A stretch of DNA of 58,122 bases, counting the filler, from Bipalium vagum (taxonomy: Eukaryota), in NCBI GenBank assembly GCA_037834085.1. It is 3 parts of 3 records of this genome, joined end to end, with 100 filler letters (N's around TTAATTAATTAA, not from the genome) between each part and the next. Parts side by side here need not be neighbours in the genome. Positions count along the whole stretch, not along the records: positions 17,811 to 38,580 come from JBBMKC010247098.1; positions 38,681 to 58,122 come from JBBMKC010003113.1; 1 more part is not named here. One strand, written 5' to 3'. Shown piece by piece: positions 36,272-49,100 of the stretch. Below the pieces are notes generated by a model. That model made no database searches. It saw nothing but the letters and a program-made list of their open reading frames with translations, and had not been told where the DNA came from. The translations under genes and the position numbers were made by a program. Position 1 is the stretch's first letter. Every line of letters starts with the position of its first letter.

Positions 36272-38580
36272 TTTAATATTTGAAAATTGATTTCAATTTG
36301 AAATTACATTTTATTTATATTTTACATTTTATGCATGAAAAGGCTTCTTAAGGCCTACTATCTTTATTTTTATATTTCTAAAAATGGAATGTGATTTTAT
36401 ATTTAATATTGTGAAAATAATATTTAAATAATTAATAAAATTATTATTATAAATCATTTTAAAAATAAATAAAGTTAATTAAAAGTGGAGTTAGATATTA
36501 ATTAAAATATTAAGTCATATGAATAATCATTATTATTATTATTATTGAAATTAAGCAACTTACTATAAATAAATGTTGGGAAGTATGATTACTAAATATA
36601 GTAAGTTCTTATGTATAAGAACTTACTTAAAATAGAAACCACTCGCACATATATTTATGTTTAGTAAGTTTGAATAGAACTAATGAGAAGCTCTAGAATG
36701 TGGAAAACCGGAGTATATAATCTCCTGGTTTTCACATTCAAAACGCCCTTAAGCAATCTGAGAATACGCTTATTGCTCTTCGAGTTAAAAGATATTTAAG
36801 ACGCCGGTAATAATATGTAGGAATTTGTATTAATTCCAAAAGTGTTTAACCGATAGAGTTAAACTTAAATAATTAATTAATTAACATTTACTTTGTTAAT
36901 TTCTTGGAGGTTTGGATTTCTTAAGTTTTAATTAACTTGAATTCTCGAGATTTCTCCAAAACTAAACGCGGCTCGTTTATTTTAAATTTGATCAGAAGGA
37001 TTTAGAGAATGTCACGCTCGGTTTATATGAAAGGTTGCAATTGTATATGTTATTTCTTTTAATCGACTGGGTAACTGTAATTTGCGTGCGAAATAATATG
37101 AATCAAAACGTAAATGTGACTTTCAACTAATAAAAATTTAATCACTAAGACAAAACAAAACAATCTCTTTTATAAATTTAAAAACTTTATTTAAATATCG
37201 ATTAAAAACTTTATTAAAAACTTTGTTGAACAAATAATAGTTTGCTAGTAAATCCCGGAGAATGATCAGAATAATGTTTATGCTCTTCGCTTAACCTAGC
37301 CTCCAGAGCCCTCAAAAGTAAAAAGCGCCTCTCCGCCCTACTTGACGTTGAGAAGGCAAAAAAATAAATATTGGAAGAACAAAAAAGAAAATTTTATTTG
37401 ATGCTTCGAAAGTATTCGGGGATCTATCCGTTTACTTCGACTGGTTATTTAATTTAATTATTGATTTACTAACTTGTAGTCAAGTTAGAAAACAAATTGT
37501 CCAATTTTAAATCAAATTGCAATTCGGAGTAATTTTAAATTATTTAAATATGTATAAATATAAATTACTAGATTTTTACCGAGTTTTCTAATAGAATATT
37601 ATTCTGGCTAGTTATATTAACTTCGTGAAAAAGGTTCGTCAGACTGAGTGTAAGTAGATCCTTAGCTTTCGTTTGGAATTGATTACAAGCCTTGAATTTC
37701 TTTAATAGAAATGTCGTCTGTCTTTCCTGTATAATCGAATTGACTGTCTTTTCAGTTCTTCTCTGGATGATCAAGTTGACTGATTTCCTTTCTTTTATCT
37801 GGTCGTGTTGACTATGATCAAATGAACTAATTTTCTCTTTTTCATTTTTTGGTTGAATTGTTGTTACTTTATATATTGGATCTTCTGGTAACTCTAGACG
37901 ATCTGTCAGATCTGATAGTTTCGTATCCAAATTAATTTGTTATTTGATACCAATATATTCTCTTCTGACAATTCTGGAAATTTATACTAGATTATTCTAT
38001 GACTTTTCTAATTAATTTTCTGACTAAATTCTCGTCTTTATTGTTGTCGTCCGTTTGTATAAATGTTTTATATTTATACTAAATTTTTATTTATTCTATA
38101 ATTTTAGTAATTTAAATATTCTAGAAATATTTTTATTGAGACTACTTAATTTAAATTTATTATCACGATTTATTATTTAAGTAATTATTTTTATTATTTT
38201 TTCTAATTTTAGAAAATATTTTTAATTTTTTCCATATTTTTTGAATTTTATAATTTTATTTATATTTTAATTATTTATTTTATTTTAATGAATTTTATTT
38301 GCATTTTACAGGATTTACTATCAATTACAATTAGCAATTACAATATTTAATTTTTTTATACACTTGTGAGGACTCCCAGGCAAAGACAAGTTGTCAGGAC
38401 TACCAGGAAAGAAGAAACAAAATTAACTTTTCAACATTTTTGTGATCCACATTAATTTTTATAAAAAACATTGTTGTGATCCCAATTCTCTTGTAAAAAA
38501 CATTTTTTTATTTATACAATCCTTGTGTGTACAAAAAACCTTTTATCTTTGCATGCGAAATAGTATTAAATGTAAAATTA

Positions 38581-38680
38581 NNNNNNNNNNNNNNNNNNNN
38601 NNNNNNNNNNNNNNNNNNNNNNNNTTAATTAATTAANNNNNNNNNNNNNNNNNNNNNNNNNNNNNNNNNNNNNNNNNNNN
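38581..38680. other. Artificial contig-joining spacer (N44-TTAATTAATTAA-N44)
   Basis: Identical to 17711-17810. Confidence 0.95.

Positions 38681-38753
<73 letters not shown>
38681..38753. repeat. (TTA)n microsatellite at contig start
   Basis: About 24 TTA units, directly visible. Confidence 0.95.
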
Positions 38754-38911
38754 CTGTGACCTTTATGGATTAATTAATGTTAACGATTTTATGAAAATCA
38801 GTTACAAAACAACAATTTTAAAATCATACATTTCTGATTGTTTAAGTTCCTTAAAAAACTGTTTTAAAATTGATATCAATCTCAATCAACTTTTAATCCA
38901 TTACCAAATTA

Positions 38912-39620
38912 TACAGGTTCCAAATTTTTTTAGACTTGCATTTTTTTATAAAAGATAAAATATGATATATTTATAGATTTTGCATGCTAATAAGATACAT
39001 ATTAAATATTTATATTTTGAAGACTTGTTTAAATAATATCTTTAAATTGTAAATTTCACAATTTACTAATTTTTAAACAGAAAAATATTTTATGATACTA
39101 ACTAAAACAAATTATTTTCATAACATAAATATTAATTAATAAAATTTCTTTTACATATTAGCACTTTAGTAGTCTGTATCTAAAATTGCTATATAAATCA
39201 ATAATAATTGATTTTTTATGAATTTATCCCCAAAGCAGCATTATGTATTCTGTTGACCAATTCATGCTTATATTTAGGTTGCTAGTCATCATACCTAATC
39301 TCTAAAATCATTTTTCATAATATTCAAATTCCGGGACCTAATATAATTGAAATTTTTGAAAACATGGATTGAAAAATTGTTCTGAATTTCATGATAGCCT
39401 TCATGATAATTGAGATTGATAATAGGCACACCAGAGTCTTTGAAAATTAGAATGTATTTTTCACTGTCTAGTTTTCCTTCCAATATTTTGACAGCAATTA
39501 GACCCTTTGGCATAGTCATATCCCACACCATAATTCCTCCACTTTGAAAATGATTTTTTTGACACGGACATGTTTCTCTCTTCTTCACTTACGAAAGTCT
39601 ATGTATCATGAACGTCTTTA
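38912..39620 (-). mobile_element. Tc1-family transposon relic
   Basis: QSGGIMVW...GKLDSEKYI...IQNNFSIH (cf. GGSVMVW...QQDNAPxH); TA-CAGG terminus at 38912. Confidence 0.75.
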
Positions 39621-40107
39621 AAATATCAATAATTATATTATACCAGTTGTCAACTACTATTTTATAAGTTTCTTTTAAAAAAATTTGGCAAAAAATAAAA
39701 TTTAAATAATACGCTGGCTAATTTAAAATTAAGTATTTTAATTTTTAATTGTTAATTTAAAATTAAAAAAGGTTTTATAAAAGATACAATTTCCACAGAT
39801 ACGGACAAACAATCAGTAAAGTGTAAATATTATCCTTATTTTAATATATAAATTTTTGGAGTATAACTTTTCTTGATAATATATAAATACTTTTAAAATA
39901 GTAATGATTATGCTTTTTTGAAAGAATAAAGATAATATTTTCTGATTGTGTTAAATTATTTTTTATGAAAAATTATTTATATCATAAACTTGTTTTAAAT
40001 AATCAATACTATTTAAATAAAAGTGGTAATTTTTAATTAAAGTTTTTATCTATTAAGTGATTTTTACTATATTACAAAGTTTTATGTAATTTGTTATTTA
40101 GGTTTCA

Positions 40108-43100
40108 ATGTTTCTTCTAACAATAATAATAAGTTTTATTATTATAACTATAGTATTTTTCTACCTATATAAAAGAATGGTAATTGACAGAAGTGAAGGT
40201 GATAGGTCAGTGAAATTACTTTCTGCTGCTCTTAATACTGCTATGACAAATAGCAATAAATTGAACACGAAGAATTTTAATTCGGAAATAAATTTTAAAT
40301 GCCTTGGTGACGAAAATTCAAAATGTGTAAGAGAAATACAACATGTCAACTTTAAAAATATGAATCGAGATAACAGCGATACTTGTGATATTGAGCCCAT
40401 AATTAAAAAAAATACAGCTGGATCTTTGACTCAAGCTATTAATTTGAATTCAATGATTGGTAAAAGTTCTATGATCTTAATTTTGAAAATATTTCTGTCA
40501 ATTTTTAATTAGAAAAGAGCGAATTGACGAATTTGCAAAACCAGATATCAATCTTGAATACTCAAGTGAATATTTTTCTATTGATCTTTAAAATTAATCA
40601 ACAAATATGTTTATAGCAAAGTAGTGTACCAACATTATTTATTTAATGAATGATTATGAGTATTGATTTTATAAAAACCTTATAAATAAACAATAAAGTG
40701 AAGTAAAGTTCCAATTGGCGCATAAAAATTTTAAAAACTGTAATCTTTTTTTTTCGTGTTTTAAAATATGTAAAATAGTCTCCTTTTACTTTGTTATTCA
40801 GTTGAATAAATATAAATTTTAAAATGAATTCATTTTTCCATACAAAATCCGTTCGTTCTAAATTTAAATGACACTCGAAATTTGCGACATATTTTCAGGT
40901 CAATTATTTCCTTTTCGATTCACTTGGTTTATTCTGAGATCGTTTTTGTTGTTGTCTAATTTTTGGAGAATCAATGACTCCCAGGTACAACAGCAGGGTA
41001 AATTTTTGTGTGAAGGAGCAAAAGAGAATAAAATTTATTTTTCATTGGCCTAATCAATTCCTAGATATTTATAAATAAACTCAAACTGTTGAGGGTGTTC
41101 GAGATGTCACTTCTCAATTTTAAGCTTTTCTAAGTGATCGAAAAACAAAACTCATAATCATTTTTATGCTTATTTACATTATCCAAAACGAAAGTTAACA
41201 ATGTTATAAGATGTCTTTAAATTGTGTCCATTGTGATCTCTACATAGCATGAAACGAGAAATGAAGCTTCCTTTACTGTGACTAAAATTGATTCATTTAC
41301 TTCATAATTACCATCTACAGTTCTTTGCTGCAGGTCATCAACGTTTGATAAGCAGTTACAATGAAGAAATGTTCTATCGATAGCCTCGCATCAAAATATC
41401 CAATGAGGTGAGGTTTAGATTCCTCGATGGCCCCTTGCCTCAATGTCCAATCCATCTTTAAAGAAATGTTTATCAAAAATATTCACGTACTGTTATACTT
41501 CAATGTGCAAATTTGACATCTTGGAAATATGATTTCCCCAAAATTTTGTCTTTTAGAGAGAGGTACGAAATAATCTTTCAGTATTGCCTAGCAATCAGAC
41601 TCTAAAATAGCGACCATTTAAAATTTTAGAACACATTGACTTCCAAACATTGGTTTTTGGTGATTTTCTTGGAATTCATACTGTGTTTCGGAATTTTTGG
41701 AATCACATACAATGCAACCATGCTATTGCTTATCGGCACTCCTTATCCAATATTGATGAGTTTCAGCAAAGGATTGTGAAAATCTGGTGTGATATAAGGT
41801 AATCAATACCGGGTAGAGTTTTAGTTCGTTTCATGATAATTAGTTTAATAATTGGTGTCACTTTTGAACAAACCTTATAAAATTTCAAATTTTCGTTTTT
41901 GGTAATTGAAATAATAAATATAATAAACGTTGGTCAGTTTTGTTTTTCACAAATTTACAAAAGCTTTAAAAAACTCAGTAACTTATCGGACAACCGGGTG
42001 TTTTAGACTGTCAATATTTGTCAAATGGTGGCAATTTCCTTTATAGCCATAATCATTTTTAACAAATTGATTTTTCATGAATTGATCAATTTTTTGTTTG
42101 AAAATCGATTTTAAATTACTTATCGATAAAATAATTCTTTATTGATCTTTTATAAAATAAATCAATCATTTATTTTTTACACAAATTTTGTTATTTAAAC
42201 TGAAAAATAATTCTAAATGCCATTAATTTTATTTTTTATCATCATTAATTGTGAAATATATTTTTGGAAAGTGGTTTTGATTCGTCTCTTAAACAATCCA
42301 GGAATTGGATCAATTTTTGACTTTTATTTTAAAACTAGTATGCAGAACAACGTAATAAATACCCCTAGTCTTTCTTTGAGCGCTTTAATCACCACTGCAA
42401 TTGTTATTATTAATGTTTTGTTAAAGTTTATTATTAATACATAAACATTCAAAGTGCTTATTATGAACCCAATATCTAGCTGGAAAAAGCGAACGACGAA
42501 ATTTTAAGTTATATGGAGGAAGTGAAAAATTTACACGTAAAAAACAAAAGTAACAAAGCTAAGATACATGAATTGTACAGTAGCAAAACAAAGGTATGTA
42601 GTGATAAAACATTTTTTGCTGTTTTGACGTTCTATAAATTATTGTGGTCAGGTTGAGGAACAGCTGGAATCTGTAAAATCCTCACATTCCAATTCTTTAT
42701 TGAAAATAATTGAACTGGAACGGAAACTCGGTCAACATAACGTGGAAAATCACGCATTGCAGAAGAAATCGGAATCGTTAGAGACTCATTTAAATGATTT
42801 GAAATTGGAACAGACTAGAATGTCAATGTTGAAAACGGAATATGAAAATTGTAAAGCGAAATATGAGGATTGCTTGTTGCAATTGAAAACAGACAGTGTT
42901 GACCATTTAAACATGTATAAACAGTACGAAAAGAAAATCGAGGATTTGCAAATGGAAAAAAATCAATTGGAAATCAGCCGAATTACTTTGTCAAATTCAC
43001 TGGACGAAAAAAGCAGAAAAATCGATTCGTTGGATGAAGAATTGAAAAAAACTAATCTTTTGATTAGTGAGGTGTTGGAAGAAAAAAAAGGTCTATCAGA

Positions 43101-46100
43101 AAAACTCAGAATCGCTAACGGGAAATTGGAAACAAATGAAAGAAAACTGTCCGATACGCTCCAATCATGGAAGAAGGAACTGGACGATAAAACTACAGAA
43201 TTCGATAAGAAAATGAGCTCCATTTCAGTGAATTTAAGAATGGAAAAAGAAATGATAAACCAACTGCAGTCTGAAAAATCAGATTTGCAGAGTGAAATTG
43301 AATTTTTATCAAAACAATTATCACAGAAAGAGGAACAGAAAAATATAGAAATCGACAAATATTCCAGTTTATTGAAGTCAAGAAATTTAGATTTCCAAAA
43401 ATTGGAAGAACAAAACGGAGCTTTCCAGCAAGAAATCAAACGTCTGAAAACGGAGATTGGCAATGAAAACAATGATTTGGAGAATAAACTTTTTGAATTG
43501 ACGAAAAAGTTGAAGGAAAGTGATTACGATTTGTCGGTTTTGCAAGATCAAAAATTGGAACTTTTGAAGGAAATTGAGCAACTGAAAAAAGAGAGTACGG
43601 CAAAAGAAAATGAAGCTGTGTGCAAAATGGAGAATTTTGATCAGTTACGTGATGAGAACAGTTTATTACAGAAGGAAGTCGATAATTTAAACAAGAAAAT
43701 ACAAGACAAGGTCAGGTCAAGATCCGAAATGGATCACAGAATATCGGAAATTCAAAAAGAATCAGAGAAGAAAGACCTGGCTTTAAATTTGTTGAAAAGT
43801 GATAAACAAGCTTTGTGCAACAATATCGATCAGCTGACAAAGGATCTGTTTTGTGGCCAGAACAAAGTGAAAGAGATGGAGGAGATGTTGAATTCCAAAA
43901 TTGAAGAGACAAAGGTTTTGAAAGAAAAACTGATTTTTGTTGAAAGAAATAATTCCATTGTTCCTGCTGAAAACAAATCCCGGACCACTTTATCGATTGG
44001 ACATGATGCTGAAACCAGCGAATCTTACGACAGTGCCATTGAAAAGATGCAGGCCCACATTGCGAATCTTCAAAATGAATTGTCCAGCCTTCAGTGCAAA
44101 TATATTGAACTGAAAAACGCCAATAAAGTGAGCTGAAGTTATTAATTCTGTTTTGATACTTTTAATTTATAGAGAAAAATTTTGTAAAAACCACGTGTTT
44201 GACCTTTTATAATTAAATTAATACCTTTTCTGATTTTAATTTAATTTTTGAAATTTTTTTACTTTTCCGTTTTAAAATATATTGATATTTCTTTTTATTA
44301 CTTGGAATCAGTTCAGACCATTTTTCTGATCATCATCAACTTTAAATTAATTAGAAGTGAGATATTTCCTGCTGTTCCTTCTCCTTCGCACTGTTTTCAG
44401 TAGTTTGCGATAAATGTTGAAAAATAATCTCTTGGGGATTTGAAGATCTGCTATAGTAGTGATTTCGGAATGTGTTTTCATCCATTAAAATTCATGGTGC
44501 TTCTTCAAGATAACTTTTACATTTTATAATTTGGATGAAGTTCATTGAATTTTTTATTTATTGTCTTTTTTCAACACCAGACATTTCATTGTTTCCTTGC
44601 TTCGATTTTTCTTTCTAAAAAATTTCTTCTTTTCCTTCGTAGAAAAATAATTAGTAATAATTTTAGAATGTCCAACTGTCCACTTTTTGATCACGGTGGC
44701 CGACGAATTCCGTGGTCATGGAAACACTTTGTCATGTCCATCCCAGTCTTTTGTTTACTTATTTAATGAATTTCCCAAGTTGAAAATTGAAAACTCGTTT
44801 ATAAGATTTTTTTAAAAATTTTAATCAATAAAATGTTGATTTTATTTGCATCTCGACTTATTTCTGTACAATATTTACTTTAATCTGATATCAATTATTT
44901 TAGTCTTTATGAAATCAATGTCACATGTCTAAAAAGCTCATCTTTTCCGGTTCCGACGGAAAATTTTCCAAATTTTAAAATTTTTTTTTCAAAATTTAAA
45001 AATTTTTGGGTCTTTGTATTTTTTTACCGCTGGATTGGTGAAATTGTCTTTGGTTAAAGGTATTTTCCTTAGACGAATACTTGGAATTATTACAATTGAT
45101 TTTCATTTAACGTTTTCCTAAAGCGTTTTTCTGAGAATTGTCTTTCATTTCTCTTACAATAATTATATTCTAGTGTTTATTGATTTAGTAGTTGTTTATT
45201 ATTATTATTTATTATTTATTTACTATTATTTACTGGTGTTTATTGATTTTATAAATTATATGTAATTATTCAATATTTTTATGAATTTTTTTTGTTACTT
45301 CTGAATTTTTATAAAAAAATATTATTTCCATTCCGACCTGAAAACAAAATATTGATACCAGTCGAAATCTAAATATCTTACAAAATTATAATATGATATC
45401 CCAATAAAAAAATAACAATAAAATAATAATAACAGATATCATACCGATTTCTTTTGTTTTCACTATTAAGCTGCTTTCTCCTATGCATTTCCATAATATG
45501 GGTAATCATTATGAAATTGATATCTTTACTGGTTTCCCGTTTCCTATTTGAAACGTTTTACCAATCAATTTGGAAAATTTTCTTTTAAGAACTCCAAATT
45601 ATTCCGATCTTTATTATTTTCAGTAATTGGTATACCTTTCCACTTTGAAAATAAGTCGTAAAGATTTTTAAAGTGAAAAATTGTATCAAATAATTTTGTA
45701 TTGATTTATCCATTTTTATTTTCTATCCTACATGTATATTTTTCGTTTTAATAATCAGTGATTTTTAAACACTAGTAATACTTTTCAATTTATTATTTTT
45801 CAAATATTTCTAATCCCATTTATTGCAACTAAAAAATCAATGGTTTAGTTTTCATAGAATTTTTTGTTGTCGAGAATTAATTAATAACATCAAATTAATT
45901 AATCAATTTATCTCCTCATCGTAAACAATTTCAGTTCAACCATCGTTTAACGGGTAGAAAAAACGTCATAAAAATCCTTAATGTGAAGACATTTATTACC
46001 AATCACCTGATTTTTCCCTTAACAAAAATCTGGGAATAAAATTGTTTACGAAACAAAAAGGAAGAAAAACTTAAAGAAAATTATTAACTGAAAAAATCTA

Positions 46101-49100
46101 CAAAGACAATGGCGATTATAGATTTTATAAAAATTAATTCCATCCTATTTTAAGACGACAACTGATGAGCCATAGAAATAATTACATAATGAGGGGCGCT
46201 TCGGTTTCCATTAAATTTTCCAAATAATATAAATTACCCTAAAGATACTGCCAACTCATCAGATAATTTCCTTCAAACAAATAAATATAATTATAAATAA
46301 TGCAGAAATATTCTTTCTAAAAATCAATACGAGGTGTACTTTTCTTTGGAATATAGTAAATATAAATTATTATATTATGACTTGAAATTCAATAGTATCA
46401 CAGCAAAGAATAATAAAAATTCCCCGGGTGATTTTTAAACGTTGCTTTCTTAAGTTAATGTAAATTGATTTATTTTCCATTTTTATATGAATAGGACAAA
46501 AATTATTAATGGAAATTAATTTATAATTTTTCAATTAATTATAATTTTTTCAGTTAATTATAATTGTTAATGTCAATACGATTAAAAATAATATATTAAT
46601 AAAATTAATATTAGAAGATATTTTTGATTATGAACTATTATTATTTTGATCACAACTATCAATATTTTACTTCCTTCCAATTGAAGATTATGAAATTAAA
46701 CTTATTAATTTTTTAACAGGGATATCTTTTCAATATATTATTTGGACATATGAACCGCAGTTTTTACGTATACATTAAAACCAATTTTTGATGATTTTTT
46801 TGCAAAACCTAAGAACTTAATAATAGTAAATTATATTCTTTTATTTTTATCTGAATTTTTTACTTATCTTGCTAAATATTTTTCGAAAAGATTTTGATTA
46901 TTACGATATTCAAGAGAAAATCTTTATTGTTATATTGATAATTATTTTCATTAATATTTTTTTGATAAAATCAATATTTCTAAACATGAAAAGAGAAATT
47001 GTTTCGGTACTATTTTATGTTCGGATTTTTTTTCTTTCTGATCTCACTCATGTCTAATGACTTTTTGGAAAATTGAAAATCGATTATTAAATAATTTCAC
47101 TTTATATTTTGTTAATCGATATTAGTGATAATGTTTTTTACTTGTTACTTGTAAAACTATAAATTGTTAGTGTTACATTTTATAATTGTCTATTACCCGT
47201 TATGAATGGCTTTTGTATTTATTGATTTTTGAAAATTAAGTTTTTGTTAAAAATATAAATTCATGTTAAATTTCTCTTTGGTTTTAAATTTTTTTTAGTT
47301 TTTTCTGAATAAATTTTTCCGATAAAATAAATTTTTCTTCATCAGTCAATTATTAATTTTGATGACTGAGCAACATTTATGAAAATATGCTGATGTTTCT
47401 TTCACATAAAAGTGTTTTGACTAGAATGAGATTACGTCAGCGAAAATAAGTCTCAGGATCGTTTTTTGATGTCATTGTACTTTTGTTTCAAAGAATTTAC
47501 CAGCCTCTTGTTCTGCTGATAAATTTTTATTGTTTTTGTTATCGTTATCACTAATGGATAAGTAGGTATGAATAGTTTCGTAGTCTTTTATTAAGAAAAT
47601 ATATTAATGTCATTAATCCAACCTGATATTCTTTGAATCGGCATCTTGTTGAGTTTTATCACATCATTTATGATACACAATCAATTTTCATCATTACAAA
47701 TATCTGTAGTCATGTTTTCTTTACCACAATTCTCTCTTTTACCTTAACACACTTCTCTAAGGATCTTCTCAAATAATCTGCTTTCAAAAACGACAACTAA
47801 AATGGAATTTTCAAGATATAATATATTTGTTTCATTTTATGAAACAATAGAACTCGTATGTTATCTCTGCATCGATTTGTTACTGTCATAAACACTGATC
47901 ATTAAAGATGACATGTTCACTCTTCAGTGTCAGTTTTGTATGTCAATATCACTTGATCAACAGAGTAAGAAACCGTTTAACTTGGATGAGCAACAGAATT
48001 TTTTTTCTCTAAAACCGACAACAAAATGAATAATGATTAATTATTTAAATCAATATATAAATTTATTAATAATTAATTAATATATTATTATTATTCTCAA
48101 TTTTTAAAAATCAATTTTCTTTTATTTCCAACTGTCAAAGTTTTACAATGTAATAATATTAATTTATTTATTTTTCGTTCTTTGATTTTGGTTTTGTATT
48201 TTTTTTTAATTTTATCAATTTTTTAGGAAATACAGAAATCATGTGCTGAAACGCTGTCGGAAAGAGATAACATAAAATCGAATTATAATGAATTGCTAGA
48301 GGATCACAATGTAAAAATTTGAAAATATTGATTATCTTTGGAACTGATATTTTCTCAGCTTCTCTGCGTAAAATATGACAATGTCATCAAAGAATGGATC
48401 GATTCCAAGAAATCTTTGCCCCTGAACAGAGACGGTGACGTTTCATTGCCGCTCAACATTGAAGCGCAAAAGTAAATATGACATTTTAATGAATAATCAA
48501 TTTTATATATTTCCATTTGGTCATGGATGACTTAGTAAAATCTATAGAATTAACATTTCGTTCTTTTTCGGCCAGCTTTGTAATTGTCCAATTTCATTAC
48601 TTTGCGAAAAAAAATTTCTTTCTCACACTAGCACAATCGTATTAGCCCGATTAAACCAATTATTTTAAGTGTGCGCTTTTCAAATTTGACGTATTGTACT
48701 TTGAAGTAGTATTTTTTGAGCTATCAAGAAAGGAGGACTGCAAATTGAACAAATCAATTCAGTGAAGATTGAAAACAAAAATGGTTATTGTAAGGAGAGA
48801 AAAATTTCATCAGATGGGTGGCTTCTGGTATCCAGAACTGAAATATTGATTTGATTTCGACGTTGTTATTCAATCATTTATATAAAATGAAATATTCATA
48901 ATTCTTTTGAAGCTCCGTTCTGGGTAAATTATAATTTCCCTTCTCGGATCTAAAGTTGATAAAATAATAAACCAGGTTTAGGGAATAAGGTCCACAGCTT
49001 TTTTAGCAAAATATTTGTCTTTCAATAACAAACACTTAAGTATAATAATTTATGGGTAAAATGAAATTAACCTAAAACAATTATTGACACTTCATAAAAT

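Noticed and set aside
38442-38636. ORF running into Ns
   Set aside because: It crosses the artificial spacer.
42963-43912. Minus-strand ORFs (also 11945-12253, 14326-14535, 14593-14826, 40161-40400)
   Set aside because: F/S/L-rich antisense shadows of the E/K-rich plus-strand coiled-coil exons.
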